Of a stretch of 10,785 nucleotides of DNA, positions 1 to 6,472 are shown in pieces; position 1 is the stretch's first letter, and every line of letters begins with the position of its first letter. This DNA is from a virus (lineage: Duplodnaviria; Heunggongvirae; Uroviricota; Caudoviricetes), in the IMG/VR virus record IMGVR_UViG_3300029647_000054, positions 1 to 10,785 of that record; one strand, given 5' to 3'. The notes beneath the pieces were generated by a model, which worked only from the letters and a program-made list of their open reading frames with translations, ran no database searches and was not told where the DNA came from. The translations under genes and the position numbers were made by a program.

Positions 1-42
1 CAGTTGTTCAGGCTGGCGTGCGAATTGTAAACCAGAATGCCA

Positions 43-71
43 GGAAAAAACAAAACCCGCCGAAGCGGGTT
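43..71 (-). terminator. Rho-independent terminator at the 3' end of the hok transcript
   Basis: Inverted repeat 54-60 / 65-71 (AACCCGC / GCGGGTT) with 4-nt loop; on the minus strand the hairpin is followed by TTGTTTTTT (53-43); lies about 70 nt 3' of the hok stop. Confidence 0.55.
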
Positions 72-139
72 AAGTGCGGGTGCGTTGAGGATGCCTGACT
101 CATCAGAGGTGGCGAGGGATTTCTCCCTCGCCAGGTCTC

Positions 140-295
140 TTACTCCTCAGGTTCGTAAGCTGTGAAGACAGTGACCTCCGTCTGGCCGGTTCGGATTCGT
201 ACCTCGCAGAGGTCTTTCCTCGTTACCAGTGCCGTCACAATGACGGTAATACAGATGACGATCAGGGCGACTAACATCGCCTTTTGCTGCTTCAT
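140..295 (-). CDS. hok: Hok/Gef family type I toxin (51 aa, HokD/HokC-like small membrane toxin)
   Basis: In-frame internal ATG at 295 of the 70-aa track ORF; product MKQQKAMLVALIVICITVIVTALVTRKDLCEVRIRTGQTEVTVFTAYEPEE closely matches my recollection of HokD/HokC; SD AGGAG about 7 nt upstream; single TM helix. Confidence 0.85.
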   Translation of the reverse strand: MKQQKAMLVALIVICITVIVTALVTRKDLCEVRIRTGQTEVTVFTAYEPEE

Positions 296-352
296 AGCCT
301 GCTTCTCCTTGCCTTTCGGCGTGTAAGAGGCTAACCTACATGTGACTAGCAT
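140..352 (-). CDS. mok: Mok-like in-frame upstream reading frame that couples hok translation (70 aa)
   Basis: ATG at 352 in the same frame as hok, as recalled for chromosomal mokC/hokC pairs; existence as a separate regulatory frame is inferred from the hok/sok paradigm. Confidence 0.5.
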   Translation of the reverse strand: MLVTCRLASYTPKGKEKQAMKQQKAMLVALIVICITVIVTALVTRKDLCEVRIRTGQTEVTVFTAYEPEE

Positions 353-410
353 GAAATTGGCCTCAGATTAATGTTAAGCGTCCTGCAAGACGCATAATGT
401 TAACTGGGGC
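340..410 (+). ncRNA. sok: Putative Sok-like antisense RNA overlapping the mok start region (approximate)
   Basis: Inferred from hok/sok architecture only; candidate promoter TTGCCT (309-314) - 17 nt - TAACCT (332-337) on the plus strand; no clean terminator seen, ends not determined. Confidence 0.25.
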
Positions 411-510
411 TTTTCTCTGTCTGCCTTACGGTGGCATGCCCGAGGCAGACAGCCTCAAGCACCCGCAGCAATTCTACTTAACTCTCGCTTTACCGCAAAC
501 CGTTTTTACC

Positions 511-532
511 CGATATGGGAATTCCCATATCG
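511..532. repeat. Perfect 22-bp palindrome CGATATGGGAATTCCCATATCG
   Basis: Read directly: 11-nt arms exactly reverse-complementary with no spacer; not followed by a U-run on either strand. Confidence 0.8.
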
Positions 533-540
533 TAATGAAT

Positions 541-645
541 TCAGTTCCCTAGTCGATCCATCAAAAACACAACCAGGCAGTAAACACCCACAACAGCAAT
601 AACAGCCAGCGCACCTTCCATTGCCAGTGAGATATCATCCGACAC
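541..645 (-). CDS. Small hydrophobic peptide (34 aa, GTG start), single predicted TM helix
   Basis: Not in ORF track (too short). SD AAGGAGG 4 nt upstream of GTG at 645; product VSDDISLAMEGALAVIAVVGVYCLVVFLMDRLGN; start codon uncertain (alternative ATG at 621). Confidence 0.3.
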   Translation of the reverse strand: MSDDISLAMEGALAVIAVVGVYCLVVFLMDRLGN

Positions 646-680
646 ATTCCCTCCTTTGGTGTTAATCCCGGCGAACGCTT

Positions 681-764
681 TTACCCACACCGACAAATAA
701 CATATACTAAAAAAGCGATAGCCATAGCAACGCCTGTAATTGCAAATGCTTCAGGCCAGATCAT
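681..764 (-). CDS. Small hydrophobic peptide (27 aa), single predicted TM helix
   Basis: Not in ORF track. ATG at 764 overlaps the TGA of the upstream DUF551 gene (ATGA); strong SD GGAGG with 7-nt spacing; product MIWPEAFAITAVAMAIAFLVYVICRCG. Confidence 0.4.
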   Translation of the reverse strand: MIWPEAFAITGVAMAIAFLVYVICRCG

Positions 765-1438
765 TGGCGCACCTCCTGCGGCGGTTCTGGTAGCGGCATC
801 CAGTGGGTTACTTTCGATGCCGGTTCTTCCCCATCGTCAGTAACTGCCCACCATTTGTTTCTCGACCAATCGTAATACCCTTCGAAGGTATCGCACTCAG
901 TCCAGCCGTAAGACTTACCCCAACACCAAACATACTGTTTATCGTCCGGAATTCGCTCACTACAGCTTATCCAACCATCCGGAGTTACCGGAGAGCTGGT
1001 TGACGCTTCCGGGATTTTCCGAAAATTATTGGTTGACGAATCTTTATTTTCCCGAAAGTTTCCGGACTGAAGCATGGCTTCGCGGCAATCGTTCCAGCCT
1101 GTAGCGTATGCAGCCGCTTTGCTGCTGCCTTCAACTGGCGCATCCTGCCAATACATTTCTTCCGGCACTACCGGCGCTGGAGGGGCGGCGTAAATGCCCT
1201 CTATCACTAAATGTTTGCGCTCAAAATCATCTGGCTCTCGATGATATACGTAACTCCAATCACCAAGGTTATCATTGCGCCTGCAACGGAAACCTATCGG
1301 CTCTGCTTCCAGCGATGCCAGAGCAATTCGTGCCAGTTCTTCCGCTTCTTCTGCTGGCAGTACAACGTTGCTACCCGGTCCGTATGTTTCGCGCCACTGC
1401 TTGATTGTCAGCAGTCGCTCTTTGGTAATAGTGGTCAT
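761..1438 (-). CDS. DUF551 domain-containing phage protein (225 aa)
   Basis: C-terminal Trp-rich segment (DGWISCSERIPDDKQYVWCWGKSYGWTE...VTHWMPLPEPP) matches the DUF551 pattern I recall from E. coli prophage proteins; ATG start verified. Confidence 0.7.
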   Translation of the reverse strand: MTTITKERLLTIKQWRETYGPGSNVVLPAEEAEELARIALASLEAEPIGFRCRRNDNLGDWSYVYHREPDDFERKHLVIEGIYAAPPAPVVPEEMYWQDAPVEGSSKAAAYATGWNDCREAMLQSGNFRENKDSSTNNFRKIPEASTSSPVTPDGWISCSERIPDDKQYVWCWGKSYGWTECDTFEGYYDWSRNKWWAVTDDGEEPASKVTHWMPLPEPPQEVRQ

Positions 1439-1440
1439 AG

Positions 1441-1629
1441 CTATTTCACCTTAATCTCAACATTTCGCAGCTTTAGCTCTACTGGCAGGTCTGACTTTCC
1501 GGTTAATGCTAATGCGAGATTTTCTGGAGTAATGAGAGCAGTTATTGTTCTACCCATCGCAAGGCGGATAATCAGCCTTATCTCTTCGTCACAAGCGCCA
1601 GGGCGAATAATTGATATTTGTCCGTTCAC
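1441..1629 (-). CDS. Hypothetical small protein (62 aa, GTG start)
   Basis: GTG at 1629 one nt after the upstream TGA, preceded by SD AAAGGAGAG at 5-nt spacing; same geometry as the ATG at 2484. The track's ATG at 1671 would overlap the upstream gene by 41 nt and lacks an SD. Confidence 0.5.
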   Translation of the reverse strand: MNGQISIIRPGACDEEIRLIIRLAMGRTITALITPENLALALTGKSDLPVELKLRNVEIKVK

Positions 1630-1630
1630 C

Positions 1631-1663
1631 TCACTCTCCTTTAATGCGAATGCCAGCGGCGCG
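1631..1663. repeat. Module-junction repeat, copy 1 (about 33 bp, 31/33 identical to copy at 2486-2518)
   Basis: TCACTCTCCTTTAATGCGAATGCCAGCGGCGCG; encodes the shared C-terminal AGIRIKGE tail plus stop and the SD for the next gene. Confidence 0.8.
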
Positions 1664-2164
1664 GGAATCATTCCATCGCTTTACTTCTTCACGAATTACG
1701 TCAATGCATTCTTTCGAATCCATTAGGTAATCTTCATCAAAAAGACGTTCCTGTTCGTTTTCTATCGCAACAATGATTGCTTCAACTAACTTTTGTGCCT
1801 GAGAACCACTTTCTAACTCTGCAATGCGCTGTTTTACGGTATCAAGTTCAATCGATAATTTTTCCAACTGCTCTTTATGCTTCTTGTATTCCTGATATGC
1901 GTGCCAGGACTGACCTTTGCGCACACTATCAGTAATATCAGTAATCTGTTCTGGTGTTAGCGTAGTCAGTGGCTGTGCTGGGAAAATCAGCACTTTCCCG
2001 GAATCCCAATCAAAACCAGCGTGAATTGACTGAACCTCAACTGATGGTGTTGAACCGATGCGACCAGGCGAATGAACAACGATCGTTACATCCATATCTC
2101 GACGATGGCTGTGGTTGCTGGACAAAATACGATTCACCAACTCAGAAAATTTGGAAAATTTCAT
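1631..2164 (-). CDS. Hypothetical protein (177 aa) with coiled-coil C-terminus ending AGIRIKGE
   Basis: ATG at 2164 overlaps the upstream TGA (ATGA), SD AGAGGG at 7 nt; the track ORF's extra 43 N-terminal residues would overlap the upstream gene; last 8 residues identical to the Ea22-like protein. Confidence 0.6.
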   Translation of the reverse strand: MKFSKFSELVNRILSSNHSHRRDMDVTIVVHSPGRIGSTPSVEVQSIHAGFDWDSGKVLIFPAQPLTTLTPEQITDITDSVRKGQSWHAYQEYKKHKEQLEKLSIELDTVKQRIAELESGSQAQKLVEAIIVAIENEQERLFDEDYLMDSKECIDVIREEVKRWNDSRAAGIRIKGE

Positions 2165-2484
2165 GTTGATCCCTCTTTCTCTCCCCGGATAATTCTGTTG
2201 CACACATCCACACACTCGTCGCAGATGAAAACGGCGTCCCCAGCAATTAACTTTTTGACGGCGTACTGGGATTTGTTGCAGAAGCTGCAACAAAGTGTTC
2301 GCCTGACTGATAAGGATGGAGCGCCAGATGTCAGCCGCTCCATATCGTTCTTGCGACGCAATATCACACGGCTGAACTCAACCAGTTTCTCCGGGGATAT
2401 CTCCTCCTCCGTAGCGAGCGTCTCTAGTCGTTCGAGTATGTTGAAGGCTTTTTCCTGGGTAATAGCAGAATGCGATGTGGTCAT
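2161..2484 (-). CDS. Small protein with ClpX N-terminal zinc-binding-domain-like C4 zinc finger (107 aa)
   Basis: [38 protein letters not shown] aligns with ClpX N-terminus ([37 protein letters not shown], from memory) with identical CxxC-x18-CxxC spacing; ATG at 2484 with SD AAAGGAGAG. Confidence 0.75.
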   Translation of the reverse strand: MTTSHSAITQEKAFNILERLETLATEEEISPEKLVEFSRVILRRKNDMERLTSGAPSLSVRRTLCCSFCNKSQYAVKKLIAGDAVFICDECVDVCNRIIRGEKEGST

Positions 2485-2485
2485 C

Positions 2486-2518
2486 TCACTCTCCTTTGAT
2501 GCGAATGCCAGCGACGCG
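2486..2518. repeat. Module-junction repeat, copy 2
   Basis: TCACTCTCCTTTGATGCGAATGCCAGCGACGCG; same coding/SD content as copy 1. Confidence 0.8.
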
Positions 2519-3181
2519 TGGCACATTAACTTCCACGATGCGCACATTTGGTTTGTACATCTCAATCGCTGTCAGCCAGTCAGCGCCAGTCATGCGCTTT
2601 TCTGCATCGCCATTAGTCCACTTAACCGGTACACCAATAGCCTTCATCGCGATTTCTATTTCCCCGGCAATGGTGCTTTTTCCGCAACCAGTAAAACCAG
2701 ATACAACGACCAGAACTTCACCTTTGGCTGGTTTTATTTCCCGCGCTTCCAGTTCTGCTATGCGCTTACTTCCATCCGAGATAACACCTTCGTAATACTC
2801 ACGCTGCTCGTTGAGTTTTGATTTTGTCTCCTCAAGCTCAACGCGCAGCTTCCCTACCGTTAACGCAATATCCTCGTTCTCCTGGTCGCGGCGTTTGATG
2901 TATTGCTGGTTTCTTTCCCGTTCATCCAGCAGTGCCAAGACAGCAGTCGGATTGGCCTCTGCTATGAACTCAGCGTTTGCATAAGCCTGAGCATCTGTTT
3001 CAACCAGGCAGTTAACATGACATTCTGCAATCACGCCACCGGGTTCTCCTTTCCATTTTTGACAAACAAAAACTCCTGTTAAATTGCCGTGCTGGTTAAC
3101 AGATGTATGCCCTACGATGTAGCTTCCTTTAGTTGCTTTCTCTGCCTTTTCACGCAGTGCCTGATAGTTAATCTCGCTCAC
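2486..3181 (-). CDS. Ead/Ea22-like protein with C-terminal Walker A (P-loop) motif (231 aa, GTG start)
   Basis: N-terminal region with [20 protein letters not shown] motif typical of Ea22-like proteins as I recall them; central coiled coil; [10 protein letters not shown]-loop; GTG overlaps upstream TGA (GTGA) with SD GGAGGA at 6 nt. Confidence 0.7.
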   Translation of the reverse strand: MSEINYQALREKAEKATKGSYIVGHTSVNQHGNLTGVFVCQKWKGEPGGVIAECHVNCLVETDAQAYANAEFIAEANPTAVLALLDERERNQQYIKRRDQENEDIALTVGKLRVELEETKSKLNEQREYYEGVISDGSKRIAELEAREIKPAKGEVLVVVSGFTGCGKSTIAGEIEIAMKAIGVPVKWTNGDAEKRMTGADWLTAIEMYKPNVRIVEVNVPRVAGIRIKGE

Positions 3182-3402
3182 TCTTCATCCTCCAAGTCGG
3201 CAACGGCGTCCATCACATCAGAACCGCGAATAACCTCAAAAGCACGGCAGGCCATTTGAAATACCAGTTGCTCTTGCGGGTGAGGAGACTCCCAATATTT
3301 GAAGCCTGGGCGATGCGTGTACCCCATCATTGAATAAAAATCACCAGCAAGCTTAATCGCGGCATCGACAAGCTCTCTGTTAGTCATTCTTTTTCCGCTC
3401 AC
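3178..3402 (-). CDS. Hypothetical small protein (74 aa, GTG start)
   Basis: GTG at 3402 overlaps the upstream TGA; SD AAGGAGG at 6 nt; no family recognised. Confidence 0.5.
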   Translation of the reverse strand: MSGKRMTNRELVDAAIKLAGDFYSMMGYTHRPGFKYWESPHPQEQLVFQMACRAFEVIRGSDVMDAVADLEDEE

Positions 3403-3749
3403 TGGTTGCCTCCTTTGCGAAGCTGGGCGGCTAACTCATCACATATGTGCGTCAAAGAACAAAGTTTGATTGATGGATGTTCGCGCATCATCTCTACCCC
3501 CTGCGCCCGCACTTCAGACAGGAAAGCATCGGTGGCTGGCATATTTCCTGTTGCCTTCATTGCCTCCAAAATAACCAGAACGCCATCTCGCCCAATCTCC
3601 TCGCAGATAACCTCGGTGCTGTCGCCAACAACATCGCAAAATGCCTGAACTGCTTTACGAGCCAGCGCATCTTCCGCCCTGTGAAACGCCTCGCGGTTGA
3701 AATTTTCATATCCCGTCATTGGACCGGCAATATAAACTCTGACCCTCAC
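3399..3749 (-). CDS. DUF4406-like (nucleoside 2-deoxyribosyltransferase-like fold) phage protein (116 aa, GTG start)
   Basis: N-terminal VYIAGPMTG motif characteristic of DUF4406 as I recall it; rest of protein did not match my memory of the family; GTG overlaps upstream TGA with SD AGGAGG at 7 nt. Confidence 0.55.
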   Translation of the reverse strand: MRVRVYIAGPMTGYENFNREAFHRAEDALARKAVQAFCDVVGDSTEVICEEIGRDGVLVILEAMKATGNMPATDAFLSEVRAQGVEMMREHPSIKLCSLTHICDELAAQLRKGGNQ

Positions 3750-4138
3750 TCCATCACCTCCTGAAAGTTTCCCCGATAGAACGCCAGCACACGCTGCATA
3801 ACTTCGCTCCTCCTGCTCTCACGACAAATTATGTTCTGCCGTCTGTTGTAACGACGTATTTCTCCGTCAGGTAACTTTCGAATCAGTGTCGGGTCAGCAG
3901 CCTTCTCCGGTGTCTTACGCCATACGCGATACGCCTGCTCTGATGGAAATACCCCGCAACCAGAGAGCCAGACATCACCACTGGCCGCAAGCGCACCAGA
4001 TAAACGACGAATAGCGGTCTTACTGACACCCGTTTTATCTGCCAGTTGTCGAAAAGTTTCTCGTCCGCTCAGGCGCACGAATTCCACAATGCGCGCCTTC
4101 ACTTCTTCCCGCTCTTCTGGTGTAAATACTTTTGCCAT
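3746..4138 (-). CDS. Putative HTH DNA-binding protein (130 aa)
   Basis: ATG at 4138 with SD GGAGG at 5 nt (track start at 4153 is TTG); helix-turn-helix-like segment FRQLADKTGVSKTAIRRLSG. Confidence 0.6.
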   Translation of the reverse strand: MAKVFTPEEREEVKARIVEFVRLSGRETFRQLADKTGVSKTAIRRLSGALAASGDVWLSGCGVFPSEQAYRVWRKTPEKAADPTLIRKLPDGEIRRYNRRQNIICRESRRSEVMQRVLAFYRGNFQEVME

Positions 4139-4153
4139 AAGCGCCTCCGGCAA

Positions 4154-4879
4154 TCACTTTTCCGATACAACACGGCGGGAAGAATCAGTAATCTGTCGAA
4201 CAATATCCCGGTGCTTGTTCAGCTCCCGCAGCGCGGCGCAGACTCGCTCCCACTTCTGAACCTGACCTTTTGCCCGGCGCAGCTCGCGGTTAGCCACATG
4301 CAGCGATGGTAAAATCAGACCATCCGGATGTTTTCTGGTGAACGACGGCTGTGACTGCACTGTGACCGCCACACTTTCCGTTTTTATTTCTTCCTGTGTT
4401 TCTGCTTCCCGGACAGGTAACGCAACACCTGCTGGCTGAGGAAAGGCTTTACCGTCGGTTTCCGCTACGGATGCAGCTTCCGGCTCTGCCGGTAAATCAG
4501 CGCCCGGTATGCAGTAACGAAATTTACCGCCCTGATTCACGCGAATCAGACGCCCTTTGCTGATTGCCATGGCCAGCGATGAATTCGCCCGGCGGGAGGT
4601 AATCCCGAACATCAGTGCCAGCTCATCCGCCGTTTGTGGGCCATGTTGTTCAATCGCCTCAGTCAGCATTTGCGCTGTCACTTTCGGTACCGGTGACACC
4701 GGTTCACTTTCACCAGCCTGAATCAGCCGCCACATCGAACCCTTGTTATCCGCTTCACCGCGGCGCTTCAGTTTCCACAGTTCGTTGACCGCATCTTCAC
4801 GGCTGATTCCAAGGCGGGACGCCACTACCTGTGAAGAGGCTCTTTTCAGTGCTTTCAGTGCGTCAAATACGGTTTCCAT
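4154..4879 (-). CDS. Hypothetical phage protein with two winged-helix-like segments (241 aa)
   Basis: ATG at 4879 with SD GGAGG at 8-nt spacing (track start at 4897 is TTG and contains that SD); two internal segments resembling winged-helix DNA-binding folds. Confidence 0.65.
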   Translation of the reverse strand: METVFDALKALKRASSQVVASRLGISREDAVNELWKLKRRGEADNKGSMWRLIQAGESEPVSPVPKVTAQMLTEAIEQHGPQTADELALMFGITSRRANSSLAMAISKGRLIRVNQGGKFRYCIPGADLPAEPEAASVAETDGKAFPQPAGVALPVREAETQEEIKTESVAVTVQSQPSFTRKHPDGLILPSLHVANRELRRAKGQVQKWERVCAALRELNKHRDIVRQITDSSRRVVSEK

Positions 4880-4912
4880 TAAAATTTCCTCCGACAAAAT
4901 CGTTTCTCAGAT

Positions 4913-5575
4913 TCAAATAAAACCAGCTGCCTTCCGGCGTTCGTATTCCTGTTTCAGCCGTTCAATTGGCGTTGGCCCTTGCGGGTGTTTCGCCCCTTCC
5001 AGTTGTCGTCGCACTGGCGGAACACTCATCCCGTTACCAACATGCTTTGCCCATTTCGTCAGTTGCCGTTCCGCAAGTCGTTTTAACTCACCCTGCGTCA
5101 TCTGGCGCTCAATCCCTCTGGTACGCATTTCGAGGCAGATGTGGTACAGCACAGGCTGTGGCCACGGGTATTTATCACTCCCGTCGTATCGCCAGGATTC
5201 ATTGCGCCAGCGCCGGTACTCTTCCATCACGGCATCCACCGTAAGACCAAATGGATTTGCCCCACTCTCCGAAATCAGCGCAACAAACTCAGCCAGGTCC
5301 GGGGGCCACGTTTCACCCGCCCGGCAGCGGTCCATGCACTGACGGCAGACCAGCCGGATTTGCTGTTCAGTCATCGTGCCAATCTGGGCAATCCAGAGCT
5401 TCGAAGGTGCGGCCCCGTTCTTCTGAGTCCAGCGGTTCGAATACACCTCCCCCATAAGCTCCCACAGCTTCCAGGCCATTTCCGTTGCTGATAAATCCGT
5501 TGTCTCGTTCCCACTGTTCGCGTGCTGCCCGGATTTCCTGAACTGCCCGTGATGCCGTGCCACCTGATGCTGCAT
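4913..5575 (-). CDS. Replication protein P-like (lambda P family helicase loader), up to 220 aa
   Basis: Similarity to lambda P as recalled (W-x-A...TMxEQ, FxP-P--F-A, YPW motifs); ATG at 5575 has SD AAGGGGG at 6 nt; start uncertain (alternatives 5479, 5455); overlaps O-like frame. Confidence 0.7.
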   Translation of the reverse strand: MQHQVARHHGQFRKSGQHANSGNETTDLSATEMAWKLWELMGEVYSNRWTQKNGAAPSKLWIAQIGTMTEQQIRLVCRQCMDRCRAGETWPPDLAEFVALISESGANPFGLTVDAVMEEYRRWRNESWRYDGSDKYPWPQPVLYHICLEMRTRGIERQMTQGELKRLAERQLTKWAKHVGNGMSVPPVRRQLEGAKHPQGPTPIERLKQEYERRKAAGFI

Positions 5576-6404
5576 GGCTTACCCCCTTGCTGACTGGTTT
5601 TACCTGTGTCCTGACGTGCTGCACGTGGCGGGCAAATTTCTGCTCCCACTGAACCTGTGTGAAAACCTTCCCCTCCGCCATCCAGTAATCCCGGAATGCG
5701 GCAAGCTCTGCAGGTGTAAATTCCGGCTCAGGCAGAGCCATACCCCACACTGCTGCCCGTTGTCGAAAATCCGACGACGGCTGCCAGACAGTAGTCATCG
5801 AAAATTTCCCGATCGGTTCGCTCAGGCCGTCCAGGTATTCAGGTTCGGCTGTCTGCAACGGCGCACCATGCGACTCACCGGTTGGAGCACTCTCGCGCAT
5901 GCGCGCGTTATGTGTGGGGTTTAATTCTGTATCTGTATCTTTATCTGTCGTGACTTGTCGTGACAGATGCGTGACACGTCGTGACTCATCGTGACAATCA
6001 GCATCATATTTCCGCAGCTTTTCGCGCTCCCGCTGCGCTCTCTTGCGCTCTGCCGGGGATTTTGCCGTTTGCGAAACGTTACCATTGTCCTCTTTCAGCA
6101 CCTGACGTTTTTCCCATCCGGAAATAAGGTCACCATCCAGAACCCGCCCCTGCATTGCATGCAAAATTGAATCAATTACGTCTTCCGTCACATCAAGCGC
6201 ACTTGCTAAATCTTCCGTCGTGACATCAATGTGACCACGTAGTGACACGCCGTGACATGTCGTGACATTTCGTGACGCACTCACCAGAAGGTGGATATAC
6301 ACCGCCATCACTGTTGCGATTGGCTGTCCTGAGACCCTGGCAATGGTTCGCCATTTGGGATCATTTGGCATGTCATGCCACAATCTGAGCCAGGCATTAG
6401 CCAT
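5367..6404 (-). CDS. Replication initiator / replisome organizer (lambda O-like) with internal iterons (345 aa)
   Basis: N-terminus MANAWLRLWHDMPNDPKWR resembles phage replisome-organizer N-domains; iteron clusters inside the coding region; ATG at 6404 with SD GAGG at 5 nt (track start 6410 is GTG). Confidence 0.75.
   Translation of the reverse strand: MANAWLRLWHDMPNDPKWRTIARVSGQPIATVMAVYIHLLVSASRNVTTCHGVSLRGHIDVTTEDLASALDVTEDVIDSILHAMQGRVLDGDLISGWEKRQVLKEDNGNVSQTAKSPAERKRAQREREKLRKYDADCHDESRRVTHLSRQVTTDKDTDTELNPTHNARMRESAPTGESHGAPLQTAEPEYLDGLSEPIGKFSMTTVWQPSSDFRQRAAVWGMALPEPEFTPAELAAFRDYWMAEGKVFTQVQWEQKFARHVQHVRTQVKPVSKGVSHAASGGTASRAVQEIRAAREQWERDNGFISNGNGLEAVGAYGGGVFEPLDSEERGRTFEALDCPDWHDD
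5948..5995. repeat. Iteron cluster 1: five direct repeats of (T/G)CGTGAC at 10-11 bp spacing, preceded by a 6-bp periodic (TATCTG-like) tract
   Basis: CGTGAC at 5949, 5959, 5970, 5980, 5990; adjacent tract 5924-5947; read directly. Confidence 0.7.
6220..6276. repeat. Iteron cluster 2: six direct repeats of GTGAC at 10-11 bp spacing
   Basis: GTGAC at 6220, 6231, 6242, 6252, 6262, 6272; read directly; about 270 bp from cluster 1, both inside the O-like gene. Confidence 0.7.
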
Positions 6405-6472
6405 ACTCACCTCATCTGATACCGAACTTTACCCTCGAACATCCGGAAGAAATCCGGCATGAATATTGTTGG

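Noticed and set aside
1211-1726. 171-aa plus-strand ORF (also 803-1003 and 1108-1404)
   Set aside because: Antisense to the DUF551 gene and downstream gene; no family resemblance, no RBS
2072-2821. 249-aa plus-strand ORF
   Set aside because: Antisense to three minus-strand genes that have SDs, coupling junctions and recognisable domains; product low complexity
4880-4897. Track starts at 4897 and 4153 as true initiation codons
   Set aside because: Both are TTG codons; downstream ATGs at 4879 and 4138 have consensus SDs at optimal spacing
4743-5649. Several ORFs in other frames of the P/O region (4743-5342, 4966-5244, 5141-5491, 5251-5457 plus; 5371-5649 minus)
   Set aside because: High-GC region keeps several frames open by chance; products are Arg/Pro/Ser-rich low-complexity; the O-like and P-like frames have family resemblance
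5948-6276. GTGAC direct repeats as a CRISPR array
   Set aside because: Repeat unit is 5-7 bp with 10-11 bp period, lies inside a protein-coding gene and has no spacer structure; consistent with origin iterons
6440-6460. Small CCGGA/TCCGG hairpin between the YdaT-like and O-like genes as a terminator
   Set aside because: Only a 5-bp stem and no U-run; too weak to call
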